DNA of 36,356 bases, taken from assembly GCA_002771215.1 (NCBI GenBank), contig PCRM01000034.1, forward strand, positions 1-36,356. Direction: 5' to 3'. Positions 17,389-25,368 of the stretch are shown one piece after another. Source of the stretch: Candidatus Nealsonbacteria bacterium CG23_combo_of_CG06-09_8_20_14_all_40_13 (GTDB lineage Bacteria > Patescibacteriota > UBA1384 > UBA12157_A > GCA-002773005). Numbering within the stretch: the first letter of the stretch is position 1; each line of letters opens with the position of its first letter. The notes under the pieces were generated by a model that saw nothing but the letters and a program-made list of their open reading frames with translations, was not told the origin of the DNA and did no database searches. The position numbers were made by a program, and so were the translations under genes.

Positions 17389-17858
17389 AAAGCAATAACC
17401 TTTCTCTCCTCCTCTTGCGGCAAATCGTTTTTGGCAATTTTAAAAACAGCTTCTTTGGGCAAACTAACACCTTCCATCTTACAAAATTCGTCAAGGGCGC
17501 CCAAATCCATTGGAATAACAATTTTGGGGTCAATTTGGTTAATCACCTCAATCGCCAACTTAGGAGATAAAGCTTTGTCTTTGCCAACTGGCACCATTAA
17601 AATATCCACACCGTTAATCTTGTCAACTTCAGAATCTGTTAAGGTGCGCGAGAGTTGCCCCAAATGTGCCACGGTCACTTCTTCTAAATTAAAAATGTAA
17701 ATACCGTCGTTTAAACCATCAATGAAAATGCCGGCAATCTCATATTCGCCCGGGCCAGCAAGCTCAACATCATTGACACGGGTTGGCTCACCCGTGTAAA
17801 CTGTGGCTTTTTTGTCTTTAATTTCGAAATTATCTTTACCTAAGTATTTAATCTGCAT
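17367..17858 (-). CDS. Shortened MBL-fold (Lactamase_B_3-like) protein
   Basis: MQIKYLG, GPGEYEIAG, HLG, DILMVPVG and PKIVIPM motifs; no HxHxDH motif. Confidence 0.75.
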   Translation of the reverse strand: MQIKYLGKDNFEIKDKKATVYTGEPTRVNDVELAGPGEYEIAGIFIDGLNDGIYIFNLEEVTVAHLGQLSRTLTDSEVDKINGVDILMVPVGKDKALSPKLAIEVINQIDPKIVIPMDLGALDEFCKMEGVSLPKEAVFKIAKNDLPQEEERKVIALCPQTKS

Positions 17859-17878
17859 AACTTTAAGCTTATTTTAGC

Positions 17879-17910
17879 AAAAAAAGAAGGCCGGCGCAAG
17901 TGCGCCGGCC
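17879..17910 (-). terminator. Intrinsic terminator downstream of the PHP gene
   Basis: GGCCGGCGC/GCGCCGGCC stem followed by TTCTTTTTTT on the minus strand. Confidence 0.75.
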
Positions 17911-17923
17911 GGAAAAATGAGAA

Positions 17924-18031
17924 TAAACTACTCCGCAGCAAGCTGCGGAGTATCCCCAAAGGGGCGAGTTTGTTTTTAAATAGGCTTCATCCTCGCAGCA
18001 AGCTACAAGGTATTCAGCCTCTTAAAAATAA
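17924..18031. mobile_element. ~105-bp two-palindrome element resembling joined IS200/IS605-family ends (PATE-like), copy 1
   Basis: TACTCCGCAGC AA GCTGCGGAGTA and CCTCGCAGCAAGCTACAAGG hairpins; homologous to 26811-26915 including TAAACTACTC and GCCTCTT.AAAATAA termini. Confidence 0.7.
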
Positions 18032-18032
18032 C

Positions 18033-19661
18033 TCATTTGAAGCCATCGCCGATGTTTTCATAGGTGACTGTTTGAACCAACTCGCCATCAAGCCAAAATT
18101 TAATTCGCCAAGTGCCCGATACCCAGTCAAAATCAAAACCAGATGGTTTGAAGTATATCACTTCCGAAAATTGTTCGTCGTAGGAGTTAATATATTTTGA
18201 ATCATCCGTTGAACAACTCACACTACCGTCAGGACGAATAAAGACGGTTTTCCAAGTGTGAAGCCCGGGAGACAAATTGGCAAAATATAAATAAGCATAA
18301 ACGCAACTTTGCCAATAAAAACGATTAGTGTAATATTTCGGTCTGTCTTTTGGATAACTTTCATCCAGCCATTGATAAGGATCATTTTGCCCAAGAACAA
18401 TATTCACTGATGGTTCATTTGGCGCCCCCTCATTCTCATTCAAGCTTTCCTCCAGCGCTTTCCTCTCTTCCTCTGACATTTCATCAACGTAAATTTGGAT
18501 TGGTGAGGTAATCAGCTGGCCTGGGCTGTAGATGACATAGTTGTAAGCGCCGGGCTTTACTTGATCGGTGAAGGAGTATTCGACCTCACGAGTAACCAAG
18601 GGTATGACTGGAATGGTTCTGCGCGAATCAGGCACTTCAACGCCATCGCGGTACAAAACAATGGTCTTGGAATCATTAATTGGTCGCGGATAGACCAGAC
18701 GGAAATTAAAATCTACCTTTTGGTAGACGGTATTGATGCTTGCCTCATCGGTGCCAATTTGATAGGATAGTCCTTCCAATTGTCCTTCCCAAATTGAGGC
18801 GTAAGTATTTCCGCGAGAAATTGCCCAAGTCAAAAAGCCAGTAGCCAATTTATCTGCGTTAATGAAAGTAAAATAACCATCAGTGTCTACCCCATGACTG
18901 TCGTTGCCGCAGGTTACCCCGACAAGAAGGTTATTTTGGAGAAATTTCATATACAAATCGAGGTCTTTTTGTTCGTCAGAGCTGCCATTGAATGTTTCAA
19001 TAGTAGCGACGGGTGCAAACTCAGGGTAACTCTCGACCAACTCTTCCGGATTAGTCAATATTTTTTCTTTATACTTATCAAAATCAAAAGGCGGATTCCA
19101 CAAGGAAGGATGGGCTAAAACAATCACCGGGATATAATCTTTGGAAAAATCAAAATCCACAGAGGACTCTAAAGCTTTCGCCCGTTTAGCAACTTGATAT
19201 GAAAACATAATCTCATCGTAGCCGGCTTCCGGCAAGTACCAGTATTTACTATTTTCCCCTTGCTCCTTATCCGCAGCCAATACTAAAGCATGACACTTTA
19301 ACGAAGTATCTTTAAGGGGAAATTCGAAACCACCAATCATTAGCGGTGAACCCTTGCCAGAAAGCCAGTAGCAGCGTGAGATATAATCGTCGTAAGGATT
19401 ATTATTGTCATGAAGATGACCTTTGGCCACGCCATGCCAGCCAACCCCTTGCCCAAAACAATCAGCGTGTTCGGTCATAAAAATAAACTTCACATTATGC
19501 TTTTGAGCACCTTGCCAAATCGAATCAAGGTTATAAGTTCCGTCAGAATATTTGGAGTGAAAATGGACGATGCCTTTGAACCACTCCGCCGATGCCGCCT
19601 TTGACAGCACACCCACTAGTACCAATACGCCAAATACAACCAAAACTACTCTTTTCTTCAA
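18033..19661 (-). CDS. Secreted PHP-domain metallohydrolase with C-terminal Ig-like domains
   Basis: Signal peptide, HFHSKYSDG, TEH, AHP, ETFN and GNDSH motifs; C-terminal beta-rich GTWRIKFWLDG region. Confidence 0.8.
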   Translation of the reverse strand: MKKRVVLVVFGVLVLVGVLSKAASAEWFKGIVHFHSKYSDGTYNLDSIWQGAQKHNVKFIFMTEHADCFGQGVGWHGVAKGHLHDNNNPYDDYISRCYWLSGKGSPLMIGGFEFPLKDTSLKCHALVLAADKEQGENSKYWYLPEAGYDEIMFSYQVAKRAKALESSVDFDFSKDYIPVIVLAHPSLWNPPFDFDKYKEKILTNPEELVESYPEFAPVATIETFNGSSDEQKDLDLYMKFLQNNLLVGVTCGNDSHGVDTDGYFTFINADKLATGFLTWAISRGNTYASIWEGQLEGLSYQIGTDEASINTVYQKVDFNFRLVYPRPINDSKTIVLYRDGVEVPDSRRTIPVIPLVTREVEYSFTDQVKPGAYNYVIYSPGQLITSPIQIYVDEMSEEERKALEESLNENEGAPNEPSVNIVLGQNDPYQWLDESYPKDRPKYYTNRFYWQSCVYAYLYFANLSPGLHTWKTVFIRPDGSVSCSTDDSKYINSYDEQFSEVIYFKPSGFDFDWVSGTWRIKFWLDGELVQTVTYENIGDGFK

Positions 19662-19703
19662 TGCTCCCTGCCTCCTTTTTTGATTGGAAAGATTGTTAAT
19701 GAA

Positions 19704-20819
19704 CTACTTTGTTTTCTTCACCTTCTTTTTTATTTTAGTTTTAACCTTCGCCTGGGACAGCGTTATTTTATGACTACTTAAGTCAACTGATTCAATTTGG
19801 AAATCATATTGTTCGTCAAGCTGAAAAATTTCGCTTGGTTCTTTAATGCCATTGCCCATTTTTTCCAAAGGACAAAGAGCGTCTAAGCTTTCATCAATTT
19901 TCACAAACACGCCAAAAGATGTTAATTTGGTTACTTCTCCAGAAACCTTATCGCCAATTTTATATTTGGCCATTTTTTTCGCCCAAGGATCGGGCAAAAG
20001 ACGTTTGATTGACAGAAAAACCCTGCCTTTTTCAACTCCGATAATCATCACTTCAATTTCTTGCCCCACTTTGAACATATTTCTCAAATTAGATACTTTT
20101 TCCCAGGCAATTTCCGAAATATGCACTAAACCTTCAAATTCGCCTAAATTGATAAAAAGGCCAAAATCGGCGATGCCAGAAATAATCCCCTTTATGACAG
20201 TGTTAATTTTTAGTTGTTGGACTTTCTCGCTCTGCGTTTGCAAGGTTGCTTCTTTTTCAGAAAAAATCAATTTATTGGAACGTTTGTTATATGACAAAAT
20301 TTTTACTTGCAAGGTTTGGTTAAGCAATCCAGACAGCCGGCTGATAATTTCACCCTCTGAATGGGCGCCGCGCGGAAAGTGGCTGTAGGCAAGTTGGGAA
20401 ACTGGAGTGAATCCTTCCAATCCGCCGTAATCTACCACTAAGCCCCCGCGGGTAATTTTGGTCACATAAACACTAACCGGCTGACCTTCCTTGAATTTTT
20501 CTTCCAAAGTTCTAAAAACTCGTTCTCTATCTGCCCGGCGCAAAGAAAGCACCACATTGCCCTCATTATTTTCCATTGATAAAACGTAAGCCAAAACTTT
20601 ATCACCCTCTTTCATCTCTGGCACTAAAGTTGAAAATTCTCTCTGCGGAATAACCCCCATGGTCAAACCCGCCACATCCACTAAAATTTTGTTTCTGGAA
20701 ATATCCAAAATTTTTACTTCAATAACATCGCCTCCGCGAAAAGGGATTAAAGAAGGACCCATCTCTTCTACCAGTTGGGCCATGGATGTGTTATCTACTT
20801 GTTTGGTTGTTTTTTTCAT
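19704..20819 (-). CDS. rpsA: 30S ribosomal protein S1 (four S1 domains)
   Basis: Repeated S1 motifs: GFTPVSQL, DFGLFI..EGLVHISEI, FGVFV. Confidence 0.9.
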   Translation of the reverse strand: MKKTTKQVDNTSMAQLVEEMGPSLIPFRGGDVIEVKILDISRNKILVDVAGLTMGVIPQREFSTLVPEMKEGDKVLAYVLSMENNEGNVVLSLRRADRERVFRTLEEKFKEGQPVSVYVTKITRGGLVVDYGGLEGFTPVSQLAYSHFPRGAHSEGEIISRLSGLLNQTLQVKILSYNKRSNKLIFSEKEATLQTQSEKVQQLKINTVIKGIISGIADFGLFINLGEFEGLVHISEIAWEKVSNLRNMFKVGQEIEVMIIGVEKGRVFLSIKRLLPDPWAKKMAKYKIGDKVSGEVTKLTSFGVFVKIDESLDALCPLEKMGNGIKEPSEIFQLDEQYDFQIESVDLSSHKITLSQAKVKTKIKKKVKKTK

Positions 20820-20834
20820 TTTTTTTCTTAATTT

Positions 20835-21260
20835 TTACTTTTTAGGTAAACTCCTCGACTGCGCTCGGGGCAGGTATTTTTCAAAACGTTGTCTTTGATT
20901 GAAATCTTGTTTTTCTTTTTTAAAGTTAAAAATCAGATATTTCAAAATGAAAATCAGCCAAACGATAAAAACTAAAAACAAAATCTCAAAAAGGAAACGC
21001 ATGGACAAATAGGGAATTGCCTGCCAGTGAAAAAAGGTCAGCGCCAGACCAAATCCGCCTGTCCATAAAAGCAAGCTAAAAATTGAAGATTTTAATTTTT
21101 CAAGGTAAGGTTTTCCTTGGGTTTTTAAAAAAATTGCGACCGTTACGGCTGACAATACCATCGCAGAAAAAATTATAACTGAATACCAAAAAAAAGTAAA
21201 TGTTTGCGGCTGATAATTGAAAATAAAACTGGGCTGAATAAGCTTTTTAAAATCTATCAT
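20835..21260 (-). CDS. Three-TM membrane protein, hypothetical
   Basis: Three hydrophobic segments, IPYLSMRF and EKYLP motifs; REP inserted near the C-terminus. Confidence 0.8.
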   Translation of the reverse strand: MIDFKKLIQPSFIFNYQPQTFTFFWYSVIIFSAMVLSAVTVAIFLKTQGKPYLEKLKSSIFSLLLWTGGFGLALTFFHWQAIPYLSMRFLFEILFLVFIVWLIFILKYLIFNFKKEKQDFNQRQRFEKYLPRAQSRSLPKK

Positions 21261-21316
21261 TTTTATCTAATGACTAGTGACTGTTGACTAATTGACCCGG
21301 CGCGAAGCGCCGAAGG

Positions 21317-21643
21317 TGCCTAGGGTCAGAATCGAACTGACGACACCATGATTTTCCAATTAATCGTTTCTTCTCTCAATATAAACTTAGTTTACACCGA
21401 GTAAAACGAGGTGGACTATCTCATCTCCGACGTAACGTCGGAGTTGGGCGCTAATATAAGATTATTGTTGGGACTCACTTATTAGTCTCTACACCTTCTC
21501 TGATACCACAGCCCATCAGAGCTTGGCTCGGGATTGTTCGACATTTTGTCGAAGTTTCCCCGAATTCACCCAATTTTCATCCCCGCCTTGCGACGGGACG
21601 GACCGAAAACCAGTCATGTGCTCTACCACTGAGCTACCTAGGC
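21317..21643 (-). tRNA. tRNA-Phe(GAA), split by an intron (exons 21643-21612 and 21356-21317)
   Basis: Spliced: GCCTAGG TA GCTCAGTGGTAGAGC A CATGA CT|GAA AA TCATG GTGTC GTCAG TTCGATT CTGAC CCTAGGC A. Confidence 0.93.
21357..21611 (-). ncRNA. Group I intron (255 nt, ORF-less) inserted after U33
   Basis: Exon ends in U and intron ends in G; IGS TTTTC-GGTC pairs with the 5' exon GACT (U.G wobble) and the 3' exon GAAAA; P AATTCGGGAAAC, Q AATCCCGAGC, R GTAGAGACTA, S GAGATAGTCC; P3 TTGGGTG/CGCCCAA. Confidence 0.93.
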
Positions 21644-21646
21644 ATA

Positions 21647-22327
21647 TTATATTTTTAAAGATAAACCCTTAATCCAACCTTTTAATTTTCTCATCGATTC
21701 TACTTTTTTTATATATATATGTAATGTTCCATATAGTAAAGTGTTATGTTTTCTTTTTTTCTTACTTGATTTACTTATAACAATCTGTGGTCTATAAAAT
21801 TGTTGTTTTTTAGCTTTAAGAATTTTTGCCCAAAATTTTTGCGTTTTTTCTTTTTCAATATTTGGATGTAAATGAATTCGGAATTTGAAAACAGAATTAT
21901 CTATTTTACAAATTTCTATGAAGAACCTCATAATTAACTGAATTATTTTAGGATCTGAATTGCTAAATCTTACAGCACTTTTTTCTTTTTTACCACCTTC
22001 TGCCCAAAATAATCCTAAACCTATCCAAAATAATCTCTCCTTATTTAATTTCGGAATTTCTTTCGCATAACTATTAATTAATTTATTATGTTCAACTTTT
22101 AAAATTTGCGATCTTTTTTTGTTAAAATTCGTAATATTTCTTGCCCAAATAATTTTGGTTTTTAAAATGTTCCGTTTTTTAATAACTCTTGATAAAGGAT
22201 AATTTTTGAACCAAGTTGACAATGTACTCTTCGGAATATTTAAAAGTGTATTTATTTGATTATAACTTTTTCCTTCTTTCCTTAAAAACCAAGCTTGTTT
22301 TCTTTTATTCGAACTGACAATACTCAT
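21647..22327 (-). CDS. HTH plus LAGLIDADG-like putative homing endonuclease, free-standing
   Basis: N-terminal LRKEGKSYNQI..IPKSTLSTW HTH; GLFWAEGGK motif followed by VRFSNSDP; markedly more AT-rich than neighbours. Confidence 0.7.
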   Translation of the reverse strand: MSIVSSNKRKQAWFLRKEGKSYNQINTLLNIPKSTLSTWFKNYPLSRVIKKRNILKTKIIWARNITNFNKKRSQILKVEHNKLINSYAKEIPKLNKERLFWIGLGLFWAEGGKKEKSAVRFSNSDPKIIQLIMRFFIEICKIDNSVFKFRIHLHPNIEKEKTQKFWAKILKAKKQQFYRPQIVISKSSKKKRKHNTLLYGTLHIYIKKVESMRKLKGWIKGLSLKI

Positions 22328-22336
22328 CTTGTTTTA

Positions 22337-22365
22337 ATTATCTCATTGGTTCATATTATTGTCAA
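22337..22365 (-). promoter_or_regulatory. Promoter of the endonuclease-like gene (nearly leaderless mRNA)
   Basis: TTGACA-17-GATAAT, about 10 bp before ATG 22327. Confidence 0.55.
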
Positions 22366-22374
22366 AGTTCAGTA

Positions 22375-22449
22375 TGGTGGGCGACGTAGGAGTCGAACCT
22401 ACAACCTACTGGATGTAAACCAGTCGCTCTGCCATTGAGCCAGTCGCCC
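22375..22449 (-). tRNA. tRNA-Val(TAC)
   Basis: GGGCGAC acceptor, ACTGG-TT TAC AT-CCAGT anticodon arm, GGTTCGACTCC, CCA. Confidence 0.96.
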
Positions 22450-22690
22450 TTAACGCCGCTTTATCAATACTTTAACACCTTCAGCTAAATTTTTCAATCC
22501 AAAAGTTTAAAGATAACCCACGATCGTAGCGAAAATTGAATCTAAACTAAAAAAATATCAAATTCCCAGGTTTAAATTTTCACATAAATCGGACGATCGT
22601 CTAAATTATAGGAAAATCTTAGTAAAAGTAAAGTTTAGCGATTTCTAAGAAACTACCACTGGCTTAGTACTGGTGATAGTTTCTTTTAAT

Positions 22691-22743
22691 AAAAAAGCCC
22701 CAAGTGGTGGAGGTGACTTATATGAAGTCTCACCACTTGGGGC
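22691..22743 (-). terminator. Intrinsic terminator of the candidate large RNA
   Basis: GCCCCAAGTGGTG...CACCACTTGGGGC 13-bp stem followed by TTTTTT on the minus strand. Confidence 0.8.
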
Positions 22744-23392
22744 GGCGCCAGAGAAGGTGCAAGGAAAAGTTTGGCCTGGGAAGGGAGAGAGTTTTTAGCA
22801 ATTTTTCGAGAAAGGCGGCTCGGCGGAGGGGGTTCCCCTACTTAACCGGCTTGTCACTTGTGTTTCCACCAGCGTCGACAACCGGTGGCAAGATAGCCTT
22901 TCTGCCGGATTTATCTCCCATGCGTTTAGTGCATAGGCCGGTTCGCGCCATCTGCCCTACTTCCGACAAAAGAGACAGAACCTTCTTACCGACCCTTACC
23001 CAGGCCAAGAAACGCGGGATTGATGAAGTGCAAAAGAAAGGGGGCAGATCGTTTCCAGTCGCGACGTGCGTGATGGGTCTCATCTCCGCATAGAAACGAC
23101 CTTGGTCGGCTTTCGCCACAAACAGAGCCGTTACTTGGGTTATCCCATTGTGGCTTCCCTCTGTCTGCAGCTCCAGCTATAGCCCGTCTTTCTCTACAAA
23201 CGCAAATCACCAATCCCGAAAAATTTGAGAAAGGGGGGAGAAGCGGCTAATTCGGTCACGTGAGACAAACCGTCCCGCAGGGCAATTGCAGGTCAAATTG
23301 ACCCGCGCCCTGGTGACTATAGCTTCTGTACCATCCCCCTTTCTCAAGTTACCATTAGATAAGTTAATGTTCATCAAACTTTTCAGTTTGAC
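22691..23392 (-). ncRNA. Candidate ~700-nt highly structured RNA of unknown family
   Basis: Perfect promoter, terminator, elevated GC, several 12-15 bp long-range helices with G.U wobbles favouring the minus strand, no convincing RBS-led ORF. Confidence 0.6.
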
Positions 23393-23398
23393 AAAATG

Positions 23399-23427
23399 AT
23401 TATAGTATATACTTTAATTTTTGTCAA
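23399..23427 (-). promoter_or_regulatory. Perfect consensus sigma70 promoter
   Basis: TTGACA (23427-23422)-17-TATAAT (23404-23399). Confidence 0.85.
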
Positions 23428-23527
23428 GGTTTTTAGACAAATTTAAAAGTTTCATGCTAAAATTAACCTATAATAATCAAATGCAAAATCTGCAGCAAAC
23501 GAGATTCATTACCAAAAAAGCTATTTT

Positions 23528-25252
23528 ATGAATAATCTTCAAATCCGCAATTTTGTCATTATTTCTCATATCGACCACGGCAAATCAACGCTGGCCGACC
23601 GGCTTTTGGAGTTGACCAACACTGTGCCTAAAGACAAAATGCGCGCCCAATATTTAGATATGATGGATTTGGAACGCGAAAGGGGAGTAACAATTAAAAT
23701 GGCGCCAGTGAGAATGATTTGGAAAGATTCAATCCTTAACTTGATTGACACTCCGGGCCACGTTGATTTCGCCTACGAAGTTTCCAGAGCTTTAGCTGCT
23801 GTTGAAGGCGCTTTGCTTTTAGTTGACGCCACGGCCGGCATTCAAGCACAGACGCTTTTCAATTTGGAAAAAGCGCAAAAACAAAATTTAAAAATCATTC
23901 CCATAATCAATAAAATTGACTCGCCGGCCGCGCAAATCGAAAAAACACAAGAAGAACTGGTAAGTTTGGGCTTTCAAAAAGAGGAAATTTTGCAAATTTC
24001 CGCCAAAACAGGACAAAATGTCCAAAATGTTTTAAAAGCCATTATTGAAAGAATTCCTCCTCCAATTGAAAATTTACAAAATCCATTAAAGGCCTTAATT
24101 TTTGACTTGCTGTATGACCAATATAAGGGCGTTATTGCCTACGTGCGGGTATTTGACGGGACAATTGCCAAAAACGAAAAAATTAAATTTTTGATAGGGG
24201 AGACAGAAGGGGAGATTTTAGAACTTGGTTATTTTAAGCCGCAGTTTGCTACAGCTTCTAAAATATCCGCCGGCGAGATCGGCTACCTCAAAACCGGCAT
24301 TAAAGAAATTTCAAAAATAATGGTAGGGGACACTATCACGCTCGCCTCTATCGCCCACCCTGAGCAAGATTTAAAAATTGCCGGCTATCAGCAGCCAAAA
24401 CCAATGGTTTTTGCCAGCATTTACCCCATTGAGGGTGAAAACCATAAAAAATTAGCTGACGCGCTTGGGAAATTAAAATTAAATGATTACTCTCTCTCTT
24501 TTAATTTTGAACGGTCAAAAGCATTAGGGGCTGGCTTTCGCTGCGGTTTTTTGGGCTTGTTTCACTTAGAAATTACCAAAGAAAGATTAGAAAGAGAATC
24601 TGCCTTAGAGCTGATAGTTACTTCTCCGACGGTCGACATTCAAGTAACCGAGCACGGCTATCGCGAACCGTATGTTGATTTGGAAATTATCACCCCTCAA
24701 CAATATTTAGGTCAAGCAATGGAGCTAGCGCAATCTCACCGCGGACAATATAAAGAGATAAAATATCTTGGAGACCGGGTAATTGTGCTATACGAGAACC
24801 CGCTGTCTGAAATTATTATTGGTTTTTACGACCAGCTAAAAAATTTATCCGAGGGCTATGCCTCAATGAATTATCAGTTTTCAGGTTATAGAGATGCCGA
24901 TCTAGTTCAGTTGGATATTTTAATTGCCGGCGAAAAAGTTGAGCCGATGACCCAAATTGTTGCCCGCTCAAAATCAGAATCCACCAGCAGAAATATAGTG
25001 AAGAAATTAAAAGATTTAGTGCCAAGGCAGTTATACAAAGTTTCCCTGCAGGCGGCAATTGGTGCAAAAATCGTCGCCCGTGAAGATATTCCCGCCATGC
25101 GCAAAGATGTTACCGCGCCTTTGTATGGCGGTGATGTAACCAGGAAAAGAAAATTATTAGAAAAACAGAAAAAAGGCAAAAAACGTCTCAAGCACTTGGG
25201 CAAAGTGGACATCCCCAGCGATTTATTTTTAGAGCTTTTGAAAATTGATTAA
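23528..25252 (+). CDS. lepA: Elongation factor 4 (LepA)
   Basis: HIDHGKSTLADRLL, DTPGHVDF, GFRCGFLGLFH and YGGDVTRKRKLLEKQKKGKKR motifs. Confidence 0.98.
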   Translation: MNNLQIRNFVIISHIDHGKSTLADRLLELTNTVPKDKMRAQYLDMMDLERERGVTIKMAPVRMIWKDSILNLIDTPGHVDFAYEVSRALAAVEGALLLVDATAGIQAQTLFNLEKAQKQNLKIIPIINKIDSPAAQIEKTQEELVSLGFQKEEILQISAKTGQNVQNVLKAIIERIPPPIENLQNPLKALIFDLLYDQYKGVIAYVRVFDGTIAKNEKIKFLIGETEGEILELGYFKPQFATASKISAGEIGYLKTGIKEISKIMVGDTITLASIAHPEQDLKIAGYQQPKPMVFASIYPIEGENHKKLADALGKLKLNDYSLSFNFERSKALGAGFRCGFLGLFHLEITKERLERESALELIVTSPTVDIQVTEHGYREPYVDLEIITPQQYLGQAMELAQSHRGQYKEIKYLGDRVIVLYENPLSEIIIGFYDQLKNLSEGYASMNYQFSGYRDADLVQLDILIAGEKVEPMTQIVARSKSESTSRNIVKKLKDLVPRQLYKVSLQAAIGAKIVAREDIPAMRKDVTAPLYGGDVTRKRKLLEKQKKGKKRLKHLGKVDIPSDLFLELLKID

Positions 25253-25287
25253 AAAAGCTCTAATTTAATCATTTTTCTGCTATTTGC

Positions 25288-25316
25288 TTGACAAAAGTAT
25301 GGAAATATGGTATCAT
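25288..25316 (+). promoter_or_regulatory. sigma70 promoter
   Basis: TTGACA-17-TATCAT with TG extension. Confidence 0.7.
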
Positions 25317-25368
25317 AATCTAGTTCTTGTTCTTTGAGAACATATTCTTATCAAAGGGGGTACCAAAA

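Noticed and set aside
22751-22992. RNase P RNA: plus-strand ACAGAACCTTCTTAC resembles the 3' conserved region
   Set aside because: No GAGGAAAGTCC and no valid P4 partner; promoter and wobble pairs favour the other strand
23125-23197. Group II intron domain V-like GAGCCG...GGCTTC
   Set aside because: Stem geometry and bulge do not fit DV, there is no proper DVI, and no interrupted gene or RT ORF
22691-23340. tmRNA: minus-strand GGGGATG near the 5' end and CACCTCCACCA near the 3' end
   Set aside because: No T-arm (GTTCGA) before the CCA-like end, a mismatch in the acceptor pairing, about 630 nt is too long, and the CCACCA is part of the terminator stem
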